Source: an uncultured Verrucomicrobia subdivision 3 bacterium | Lineage (GTDB): Bacteria > Verrucomicrobiota > Verrucomicrobiia > Limisphaerales > UBA11358 | Assembly (NCBI GenBank): GCA_903936645.1 | Contig: CAIZWI010000306.1 | Coordinates: forward strand, 1 to 63,216 | DNA length: 63,216 bases | Direction: 5' to 3' | Shown here: piece by piece, positions 11,511-19,074 of the stretch | Layout of the letters: each line of letters begins with the position of its first letter | Position numbering within the stretch: the first letter of the stretch is position 1 | Program-made: the position numbers and the translations under genes | Notes under the pieces: model-generated | Database searches by the model: none | Seen by the model: only the letters and a program-made list of their open reading frames with translations | Told to the model about the DNA's origin: nothing

Positions 11511-11828
11511 TCATCTCCAAGAGTCTGGTCTCTGGTGTCCGCACTCCAATTCAACACCAGCCATGCGGACAGAAATTGAACTCATATTTCGTGACGGAAA
11601 TAAAGTAAAACCCTCGTCAGTAATACAAAACTCAAAATTTGCATCAAAAGTGACAACATCGGCTCGCAACTCGAGCGAATCTCCGGGCTGTAACCAATAA
11701 TCCATCCCCTCTGGTTCTATGAAAACCAATTGTTTCTTTTGAGTACGATTCTCGATGGTTGTGCTTCGTGTCATAAATGTGTGAAGTCGCCCTAGGGGAT
11801 AACAAGTCACGGATGGGTGGTTTATCAC
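11511..11828 (-). CDS. hypothetical small protein in the AT-richer islet
   Basis: 105-aa ORF with an alternative ATG at 11774 that gives 87 aa. The region is visibly AT-richer than its surroundings. No recognisable motifs. Confidence 0.35.
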   Translation of the reverse strand: MINHPSVTCYPLGRLHTFMTRSTTIENRTQKKQLVFIEPEGMDYWLQPGDSLELRADVVTFDANFEFCITDEGFTLFPSRNMSSISVRMAGVELECGHQRPDSWR

Positions 11829-12030
11829 GTTTCATGAAAGCTGGTATATTCGTTTATATCCGGCCGGTCCAGCGTAATTTGGCTAAAACGGCACCTGGAT
11901 TATGGCGTGATCGCGGCAATCACCTTAGATTTAATAGGGCGAGAGTTCCCCTTTGATTGCCTCCGGTCCGCTACTCCGGGCTGGTTTCGAATCACCTTTC
12001 AAAAGTGTGTATTTTGTGTAGTTTAACGTT

Positions 12031-12228
12031 ATGATGGCAACCTTGACTGAACTGCGCCGGGACACGTCCAATGTGATTCGTCCCGCCATTCACGCTGGTC
12101 AGACGGTGGTGTTAACCGAACACGGCGAACCGTGCGCCGAGATTGTTCCCATTCGAAAAATTGACCGCAAACAAGCCTTGCAAGACTTGATGGCCATTGG
12201 CCCCGTCAAATTCCTGCCCCGTAAATGA
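12031..12228 (+). CDS. type II antitoxin, Phd/YefM-like
   Basis: 65 aa. The sequence TLTELRRDTSNVIRPAIHAGQTVVLTEHGEPCAEIVP matches the Phd/YefM N-terminal fold pattern. It overlaps the downstream PIN ORF by 4 nt (ATGA). Confidence 0.75.
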   Translation: MMATLTELRRDTSNVIRPAIHAGQTVVLTEHGEPCAEIVPIRKIDRKQALQDLMAIGPVKFLPRK

Positions 12229-12467
12229 CGTATTTGCTGGACAACAATGTCCTTTCCGAGATTTGGAAGCCGAAGCCAGAGGCGGCGGTGTTGGCGTTTT
12301 TAAACGCGGCCGAATGGTTTGTGCCGGTCCCCGTCATTGCGGAAATTCAGGAGGGCGCGGAAGCCTCGCCCAGTGCCGCTCGCCGGGTCGAATTGGTGGC
12401 AGTTTCCCGGGGGGCTTCACGCTTGGCGAAACCTGATTTTCCGTCTCGAAAAAACGGGCTGCACTGA
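12225..12467 (+). pseudogene. 3'-truncated VapC/FitB-like PIN toxin remnant
   Basis: The N-terminal roughly 60 aa (MTYLLDNNVLSEIWKPKPEAAVLAFL...VPVIAEIQEG) match PIN toxins. The ORF then diverges and stops at 80 aa, against about 130-140 aa for intact VapC. The distal acidic PIN residues are absent, and the AraC gene starts 14 nt later. Confidence 0.6.
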
Positions 12468-12481
12468 CTAATTTAGGCCGC

Positions 12482-13366
12482 ATGGCTGGCACGCTGAATC
12501 ATGAGTTGCTGAATTCCCTGGATTTGCAGGTGCTCTCGGTGCAGCGCACGGAGGCGGGGCGGTGGTGGAATTACCGACATGTGATCAGTCCATTTTCCCG
12601 GTTGTGGCTGATTCTGGAGGGCGAGGCGGTGGTGCGGCATCATGGGCGGGAATTTTCCTTGCAGCCGGGGCAGTTGCACCTGGTGCCGGCATTTGCGGTG
12701 CATGATTGCGCCTGCGCGCAGGGTTTTAACCATTATCATCTGCATTTTGCCGCGCGGCTGCCCACGGGGATTGACTTGTTCTCCTTGCTGGACTGTGAAT
12801 ATCAGGTGCCGGCGCCGGCCGAGGGGCTGAATTTGTTCCAGCGGTTGGAGGCGATTTATCCGGAGCGCAAGCTGCCGTGCTTTGATCCGGGCCGGGCGGA
12901 ATACAAGCGGTTCCCGGTGTTGCCTGCGCCGGAAGAACCCACGGCGGGGGTGCTGGCGGGTTTTGAGGCGCGGGGGGTGCTGACCTTGCTGGTGGCGGAA
13001 TTTTTGAAATCGGCCCGGCACCATGAGGGGCTGCACGCGCGGGTGACCCGCCAGTTTTTGGCGGTGCAGGAGTACATTCAGGTGCATATGCGCCAAGCCA
13101 TCCGGCTGGCGGATCTGGCCCGGGTGGTCAAGTTGCATCCGACCTATTTTTCGGATCAATTCCAGCGGGTGGTGGGGGTGCGGCCACTGGATTATTTGGT
13201 GCGGCGGCGCATTGAACGAGCGCAGTACCTCCTGCTGACAACCCAGGATTCGGTAAAGGCCATTGCGGATGCGGTGGGGATTGCGGATCCGGCGTATTTC
13301 AGCCGGGTGTTTACGCGGTTGTGCGGAGCGAGCCCCACGGCCTACCGGGCGGCGCATTCAGCCTAG
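12482..13366 (+). CDS. AraC-family transcriptional regulator (cupin sensor + HTH)
   Basis: 294 aa. It has a C-terminal dual HTH (LARVVKLHPTYFSDQFQRVVG, IADAVGIADPAYFSRVFTRLCGASPTAYR) and lies upstream of fucI. Confidence 0.9.
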   Translation: MAGTLNHELLNSLDLQVLSVQRTEAGRWWNYRHVISPFSRLWLILEGEAVVRHHGREFSLQPGQLHLVPAFAVHDCACAQGFNHYHLHFAARLPTGIDLFSLLDCEYQVPAPAEGLNLFQRLEAIYPERKLPCFDPGRAEYKRFPVLPAPEEPTAGVLAGFEARGVLTLLVAEFLKSARHHEGLHARVTRQFLAVQEYIQVHMRQAIRLADLARVVKLHPTYFSDQFQRVVGVRPLDYLVRRRIERAQYLLLTTQDSVKAIADAVGIADPAYFSRVFTRLCGASPTAYRAAHSA

Positions 13367-13505
13367 CGGCGACGCGAGGAGGAGGCTTGCTGGCGGTGGG
13401 AACCTGTGATAAGTCCAAGCTTTTCCCGTTCGTGTCCATGCGAATTGGCTTACGGTTTGCGGTGTCTTTGTCATTATGGGGCCACAACAACCAATTATTT
13501 AATTC

Positions 13506-15293
13506 ATGCAAACCTTATCGCTCTTTAACGGCAAACTGCCGAAAGTTGGCATTCGTCCCACGATCGATGGCCGGCTCGGCGGCGTGCGCGAATCGCTGGA
13601 AACCCAAACCATGGATCTGGCCAAGTCGGCGGCGGCGTTCATTTCGGCGTCGTTGCGGTATCCGAACGGCCAGCCGGTGGAGTGTGTGATTGCCGACACG
13701 TGCATTGGCGGGGTGGCGGAGGCAGCGGCGTGTGCGGAGAAGTTTGCGCGCGAAGGCGTAGGGGTATCGCTGACGGTGACGCCGTGCTGGTGCTATGGGT
13801 CCGAGACCATGGATATGAATCCGGCGGTGCCGAAGGCCGTGTGGGGTTTCAACGGGACGGAACGGCCCGGGGCAGTTTACTTGGCGGCGGTTTTGGCGGG
13901 GCACACCCAGAAGGGGCTGCCGGCGTTTAGCATTTATGGGCGCGAGGTACAGGATGGGGGCGACAAGAGCATTCCGGCGGATGTGCAGGGCAAGGTGTTG
14001 CAATTTGTCCGGGCGGGTCTGGCCACGGCGCTGATGCGGGGCAAATCGTATTTGGGCATGGGCGGCGTTTCGATGGGCATTGCCGGGTCGATTGTGGACC
14101 AGCCGTTCTTTGAGGATTATCTGGGCATGCGGGTGGAAACCATTGACATGACGGAGTTTCTGCGGCGCATGGACAAGGGGATTTTCGATCCGGAGGAATA
14201 TGCCAAGGCCCTGGCCTGGGTGAAAAAGAACTGTCCCGAGGGCAAGGATTACAATTCGCCCACGACCAAACGGGCGCGGACCCAATTGGACAGCGAATGG
14301 GAAAAATCGGTGAAGATGGCGCTGATCGCCCGCGATTTGATGGTGGGCAATCCCCGGCTGGCGGAACTGGGTTTTGGCGAGGAGGCTCAAGGGCACAATG
14401 CCATTGTTTCCGGATTCCAGGGGCAGCGGCAATGGACGGATTACCAGCCCAACGGGGATTTTCTGGAAGCGATCCTCAATACCTCGTTCGACTGGAACGG
14501 CCTCCGGGCCCCGTATATCGTGGCCACGGAAAATGATTGTTTAAACGGGGCTTCGATGTTGCTGGGCTATTTGCTCACGAACACGGCGCAGATTTTTGCC
14601 GATGTGCGGACTTACTGGAGTCCCGAAGCGGTCAAGCGGGTGGCGAAGCACAAGCTGACCGGGGTGGCGGCGAATGGCCTGCTGCATTTGATCAATTCTG
14701 GTCCGGCGACCCTGGATGGCACGGGCCAGCAATCCCACAAGGGCAAACCCGTGATGAAACCCTTCTGGGAAATCAGCGAGGCGGAGGTCAAGAAATGCCT
14801 CGGGGCGACCACCTGGCATCCGTCCATCACCGAATATTTTCCGGGCGGCGGCTGGTCCACGCGGTTCCTGACCAAGGGCGGCATGCCGGTGACCATGTGC
14901 CGGCTCAATTTGGTCAAAGGCTTGGGACCGGCGCTGCAAATTGCCGAGGGCTACACGGTGGATTTGCCGGCCAAGGTGCATGATGCGCTGGATCAACGGA
15001 CCAATCCCACCTGGCCGACCACATGGTTTGCGCCCATCCTGACGGGTGCCGGGGCGTTCCGGGACGTTTACAGCGTGATGAACAACTGGGGCGCCAATCA
15101 CGGATCCATCAGCCACGGTCACATTGGGGCGGACTTGATCACCCTGGCGGCCATGCTGCGGATTCCGGTGTACATGCACAACGTGGAAGCGGAACGGGTA
15201 TTCCGGCCCAGTGCGTGGGCGGCCTTTGGCACGGCGGATTTGGAAGGGGCGGATTATCGCGCCTGTGCGAATTTTGGGCCGCTGTACGCCTGA
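13506..15293 (+). CDS. fucI: L-fucose isomerase
   Basis: 595 aa, the typical FucI length. The N-terminus [22 protein letters not shown] and conserved blocks throughout (e.g. NWGANHG) match FucI. Confidence 0.9.
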   Translation: MQTLSLFNGKLPKVGIRPTIDGRLGGVRESLETQTMDLAKSAAAFISASLRYPNGQPVECVIADTCIGGVAEAAACAEKFAREGVGVSLTVTPCWCYGSETMDMNPAVPKAVWGFNGTERPGAVYLAAVLAGHTQKGLPAFSIYGREVQDGGDKSIPADVQGKVLQFVRAGLATALMRGKSYLGMGGVSMGIAGSIVDQPFFEDYLGMRVETIDMTEFLRRMDKGIFDPEEYAKALAWVKKNCPEGKDYNSPTTKRARTQLDSEWEKSVKMALIARDLMVGNPRLAELGFGEEAQGHNAIVSGFQGQRQWTDYQPNGDFLEAILNTSFDWNGLRAPYIVATENDCLNGASMLLGYLLTNTAQIFADVRTYWSPEAVKRVAKHKLTGVAANGLLHLINSGPATLDGTGQQSHKGKPVMKPFWEISEAEVKKCLGATTWHPSITEYFPGGGWSTRFLTKGGMPVTMCRLNLVKGLGPALQIAEGYTVDLPAKVHDALDQRTNPTWPTTWFAPILTGAGAFRDVYSVMNNWGANHGSISHGHIGADLITLAAMLRIPVYMHNVEAERVFRPSAWAAFGTADLEGADYRACANFGPLYA

Positions 15294-15302
15294 TGCAATA
15301 GC

Positions 15303-15334
15303 AAGGCCCGGTCAGTTGACCGGGCCTTTTTCTT
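15303..15334 (+). terminator. rho-independent terminator after fucI
   Basis: GGCCCGGTCA / TGACCGGGCC stem followed by TTTTTCTT. Confidence 0.75.
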
Positions 15335-15401
15335 GCCGCCAGGGATGCGGCCGGCCGGAGGATCGGGCCAGGCGCGCGATTTTCCGGCCGGTCGTTCGGC
15401 T

Positions 15402-16532
15402 TTATAAACTGGGGGGCGGGATTGCGGCTCCGGCGATGCGCACCCCGACGCGATAGGCCGGGGAGTTCAGGGCGTGGGCAAAGGCGGCGTTTACTGAAGC
15501 CAAATCAAATTCGTCGTGCACCAGGGTCGCGAAGGGAAAGCGGGTATAATTCTGTTCCATGAATTCGACGGCGGCCACGAAGTCGGATTCATTGTAATTA
15601 TGCAGTCCTTTGAGGGTATGGACTTTGCGGATGAGTGATTCCGCGTTGATTTGCAGGGCCCGCTGGGGGAAGGTTGCACCGATGAAGACGGCGGTGCCAC
15701 CAATGCCGAGCACGCCGAGCAAAGCCTCCATGGTTTCAGGCACACCACTGTAATCGAGCGCCACGGCCACGGGTTCGCCGGGACACTGGCTGGCCAGTTG
15801 TTCCGGTAACGTGGCCAGGCCGGAGCTGGGATGCAACGCGTGGTCCGCCCCAAACTGGATGGCGGTGGCAAGGCGGTCCGCGGCAATGTCCAGGGCAATG
15901 ATGGTTTTTGCCCCGGCGCAGCGGCACATGGCGCAGGCGACCACGCCGAGCATGCCGGCACCGGCGATGATGACGGTGCGTCCAGCCACGGGGCCGGCCA
16001 GCCGCAGGGAGCCGGCCACGGTGGCCACGGAACAGTTGATCAAGGCGAGGAGGGGCAGGGGAACGGGGACGTCGATGCGAATGACCGGGGTGTGGCGGCG
16101 GAGGATGCAATATTCGGCCAGGCCCCCGTGGAGGGTGCTGCCGGGCCGGATGGTCTCATGGCCATATTTGAAGAGGCCGGGGGCTTTTTGCGGCAGCCCG
16201 AGGCGGGCCAGGGGCGAGGCGGGATCGGCCGCATAAATCGCCCAGGTCACGCGGTCACCCACCCGCAGGGCCGACCCGCGGCAGTCCAAGGCGGGCGCCC
16301 CGGGGGCCAGGCTGGCAATCCGGCCGACCATTTCATGGCCCAAGATGGTGGGGACGGGTTCGGTTCGCTTGCCGGAAAACGTGTTTAAATCACTGCGGCA
16401 GAGGGTTGTATATTCCGTCTGCACCAAGATTTCGCCGGTTTGCAACGGCGGCACGGGGGCGGACTCGAGGGTCAAGGGCCGGCCGGCGGCGTGGAAGACG
16501 GCCAGTTTGCTGGTGATCATGGGTTCAGGCAA
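15402..16532 (-). CDS. zinc-type alcohol dehydrogenase, phosphonate-catabolism-associated clade
   Basis: 376 aa. It is MDR-family (CRSDL, GHEMVGRI, Rossmann IIAGAGMLGV). Its start overlaps the stop of the phosphonatase-like HAD gene by 8 nt. From memory, this pairing is the TIGR03366/TIGR03351 context. Confidence 0.75.
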   Translation of the reverse strand: MPEPMITSKLAVFHAAGRPLTLESAPVPPLQTGEILVQTEYTTLCRSDLNTFSGKRTEPVPTILGHEMVGRIASLAPGAPALDCRGSALRVGDRVTWAIYAADPASPLARLGLPQKAPGLFKYGHETIRPGSTLHGGLAEYCILRRHTPVIRIDVPVPLPLLALINCSVATVAGSLRLAGPVAGRTVIIAGAGMLGVVACAMCRCAGAKTIIALDIAADRLATAIQFGADHALHPSSGLATLPEQLASQCPGEPVAVALDYSGVPETMEALLGVLGIGGTAVFIGATFPQRALQINAESLIRKVHTLKGLHNYNESDFVAAVEFMEQNYTRFPFATLVHDEFDLASVNAAFAHALNSPAYRVGVRIAGAAIPPPSL

Positions 16533-17253
16533 ATTCCGTTTCCAAGAGGGCGGGCAACTCGCGCACGCTGGGAATGACGTGGGTGTGCCGGTGGTGCCCC
16601 CAGGCGGTCACGGGCAGCACGCCGGTGAGGACGCCCACCACGCCCCGGCAGCCGGCGTTGGTGCCCTCGAGCATGTCGGCCGGGGTGTCCCCGATTTTGA
16701 CCACCTCCGACACGCTTTGAATTTCGAGGTGGCTCATGGCGTGGAAGATCATATAAGGGGCGGGACGTCCGCGCTGATTGGGAATATGCTCCACATCCAC
16801 GGCCAGATCCACGAGGCCATCGCGCAGCCAGCCCAGGCCCTCCATGATGGCCTGGGTGATTTCCCGGTGAAAGCCGGTGTTGGTGGCCACTTTGATGCCC
16901 TGGGCGTGGCACCAGCGAAACGTGTCGGCCGCGCCCGGGATTTCCCGGACTTCGGTGCGGTAATAATTGATCATCATCGCTTCATAGCGGTGAAACACTT
17001 GCAGGGCGAGTTCGAGGGTGGCCGGGTCCTGCTGTTTTTCGAAATCCTTGAAGGCGATGGGGCGGCCCTGGCGCCGGGCGATGATATACTGATAGAGATG
17101 GATTTTATTCGTCCCCATGTGCAGCTGCACTTCTTCGGGCGTGGTGGGCAGGTTGAATTCCAGGGCGGCGGTGTAGAGGCAGTCCCGGACGGCGTGGTTG
17201 TCCTCAACGGTGGTGCCGGCCAGGTCGAATACGACCAGTTTGATTTTGCTCAT
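16525..17253 (-). CDS. phosphonatase-like HAD hydrolase (PhnX paralogue family)
   Basis: 242 aa. It has the PhnX-style motif I VFDLAGTT (D-x-A-G-T), a conserved MGxxK lysine (HMGTNK) and the distal GDTPADMLEG motif. Confidence 0.8.
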   Translation of the reverse strand: MSKIKLVVFDLAGTTVEDNHAVRDCLYTAALEFNLPTTPEEVQLHMGTNKIHLYQYIIARRQGRPIAFKDFEKQQDPATLELALQVFHRYEAMMINYYRTEVREIPGAADTFRWCHAQGIKVATNTGFHREITQAIMEGLGWLRDGLVDLAVDVEHIPNQRGRPAPYMIFHAMSHLEIQSVSEVVKIGDTPADMLEGTNAGCRGVVGVLTGVLPVTAWGHHRHTHVIPSVRELPALLETEFA

Positions 17254-17458
17254 AAAGTTTGGCGGTTACAGGGGTGATTGCCCAGGCCAGTCCGGCTGGC
17301 CCAGGCGATGGTGCACTCAACGTACCTGTCCGGCCGGACCCCCGCAAGCGGACGGGATATTCCGTTTCCGCCTTGAGGCCAGTGCAACGGCGCATTTTTG
17401 ACCATGCTTTAAGGTTGGGGCGGGGTGGACCGTGGCTTATGCTGCCAGCACAAAATAT

Positions 17459-18277
17459 ATGCAGTTAAAGGGAATCATTTTTGACTGGGCCGGCACGGTG
17501 GTGGACTATGGCTGCCTCTGCCCGATCGCGGCTTTTCAATCGGCCTTTCGCGAAAAAGGGGTGGCGTTGTCGCTCGAGCATATTCAGCAATTCATGGGCA
17601 TTCACAAGCGCGACCACATTCTGGCCCTGCTGGCGCTGCCGGAAGTGCAGGCGGTCTGGCACCAGTTGCATGGGGGCCCGCCGAACGTGCATGACGTGGA
17701 TGATTTGTATCGCACTGACGAACGACGCATGCTGGAAACCGTGGCGGCCTCGGCCCAACTGATTCCGGGCCTGGAGGGAGCGCTGACCTTTGCGCGCGAG
17801 CAGGGCTTGCGGATCGGCTCCACGACGGGCTACACCTCGCCCCTGATGGAAATTCTGGCCCCGGCCGCCGCCCGCCAGGGTTACATGCCGGAATTTTGGA
17901 TTGCCGCCGATCAGGTTACCCAGGGCCGTCCCTGGCCCTGGATGATCTTTAAGAATCTGGAGTTTTTGAAAATTTGCCCGCCCGCCGCCGTGGTGAAAGT
18001 GGGTGACACCGTCGCGGATGTGGCCGAGGCCAGCAACGCGGGGGTTTGGTCCGTGGCGGTGGTGGAAAGCAGCAGCCTGATCAGTCTGGGCGAGAGCGAG
18101 CTGGCCGCGCTGCCGGAAAAAGAACGGCACCGCATCCTCCAGCGGGCGACGCGGAAACTGGCCGAGGCGGGGGCGCATTTCGTGATCAACAACCTGGCCG
18201 AGCTGCCCTCGGCTTTGGAAGTGATCGAGCACCGGCTCAACAATGGCCAGCTGCCGCCGCGGTTGGTGCCGCATTGA
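17459..18277 (+). CDS. phnX: phosphonoacetaldehyde hydrolase (phosphonatase)
   Basis: MQLKGIIFDWAGTVVDYG, the Schiff-base Lys context FMGIHKRDHI and VKVGDTVADVAEASNAG are present. The ATG at 17459 matches canonical PhnX N-termini. The track ORF starts at an upstream GTG, 17432. Confidence 0.92.
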   Translation: MQLKGIIFDWAGTVVDYGCLCPIAAFQSAFREKGVALSLEHIQQFMGIHKRDHILALLALPEVQAVWHQLHGGPPNVHDVDDLYRTDERRMLETVAASAQLIPGLEGALTFAREQGLRIGSTTGYTSPLMEILAPAAARQGYMPEFWIAADQVTQGRPWPWMIFKNLEFLKICPPAAVVKVGDTVADVAEASNAGVWSVAVVESSSLISLGESELAALPEKERHRILQRATRKLAEAGAHFVINNLAELPSALEVIEHRLNNGQLPPRLVPH

Positions 18278-18318
18278 ACCGTCCGCCGGCCGTCCGCCGG
18301 CCAGCGCAATGCCGGGCC

Positions 18319-19044
18319 TTATTTTGCCGGCCGGGGGACAAACTGGGCGATTAACTCCGTGGCCTGGCGCAGTTCTTCGGCGGACATTTGGGCTTTCACG
18401 GAGGGCAGTAATTTGGTGGCATCGGGCTGGCCATGAGCAGCGGCCAGGCTGAGCCATTTAAAAGCGTCGACGTGGCTGGCTGCCACCCCCACGCCCAGTT
18501 GATAACGCTGGCCAAGGTCGTACTGGGCGGTTTGGTCCCCCCCCTCGGCAGCCAACTGGTACCAATGGGCGGCCGCTTGTTCATCCTGCTTCACGCCGGT
18601 GCCCTGTTCGTAGAGGTAAGCCAGGTCGTATTGGGCGGTCACGCTGCCGCCCGCCGCCGCCAATTGGTAGAGCCGGACCGCCTCGGGGAGATTCACTGGC
18701 ATGCCCTGGCCAGCCTGGGCCAGTTCGCCGAGCGTGGCGTAGGCCTCGGCATAATTTTGATTGGTGGCCTGGGTCAACCATTTGAGCGCGGCTTTGACGT
18801 CCATTTTAACCCCGCCACCGGTCAAATAGGCCCGGGCCAACGTCGTTTGCGCGGCGGGGTCGCCCGCCGTCGCTTGCGTTTGCAAGGCCGCCAGATCCAC
18901 CACCGGTGCCGCCACCGGTGCTTGGGTGGACGCGCCGGCCGGGGGGGGGCTCCCGGTTCCTGGCGGGGACTGGAACAAATAAAGGCCCACGGCGGCCGCC
19001 GCGCCGGCAACCACGATCAGCGGCAAAAACAATTTTGATTTCAT
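18319..19044 (-). CDS. Sel1-repeat (TPR-like) exported protein
   Basis: 241 aa. It has an N-terminal signal/anchor (MKSKLFLPLIVVAGAAAAVGLYLF) followed by four or more Sel1 repeats (AQYDLAYLYEQGTGVKQDEQAAAHWYQLAAEGG...). Confidence 0.85.
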   Translation of the reverse strand: MKSKLFLPLIVVAGAAAAVGLYLFQSPPGTGSPPPAGASTQAPVAAPVVDLAALQTQATAGDPAAQTTLARAYLTGGGVKMDVKAALKWLTQATNQNYAEAYATLGELAQAGQGMPVNLPEAVRLYQLAAAGGSVTAQYDLAYLYEQGTGVKQDEQAAAHWYQLAAEGGDQTAQYDLGQRYQLGVGVAASHVDAFKWLSLAAAHGQPDATKLLPSVKAQMSAEELRQATELIAQFVPRPAK

Positions 19045-19074
19045 AAGTTATCAGTCAGCCACCGTGCCCGAGGA

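Noticed and set aside
11970-11996. tRNA-like T-arm (GGTTTCGAATC) in the AT-richer islet, a possible integration-site remnant
   Set aside because: The match is imperfect, with one extra T. No acceptor stem, anticodon arm or D-arm can be folded from the flanks, and no integrase is nearby.
18280-18301. Tandem 11-mer CGTCCGCCGGC x2 between phnX and the Sel1 gene
   Set aside because: It is a short GC-rich duplication in a convergent 3' region. It most simply forms a GCCGGC-based hairpin acting as a weak terminator, and nothing suggests more than that.
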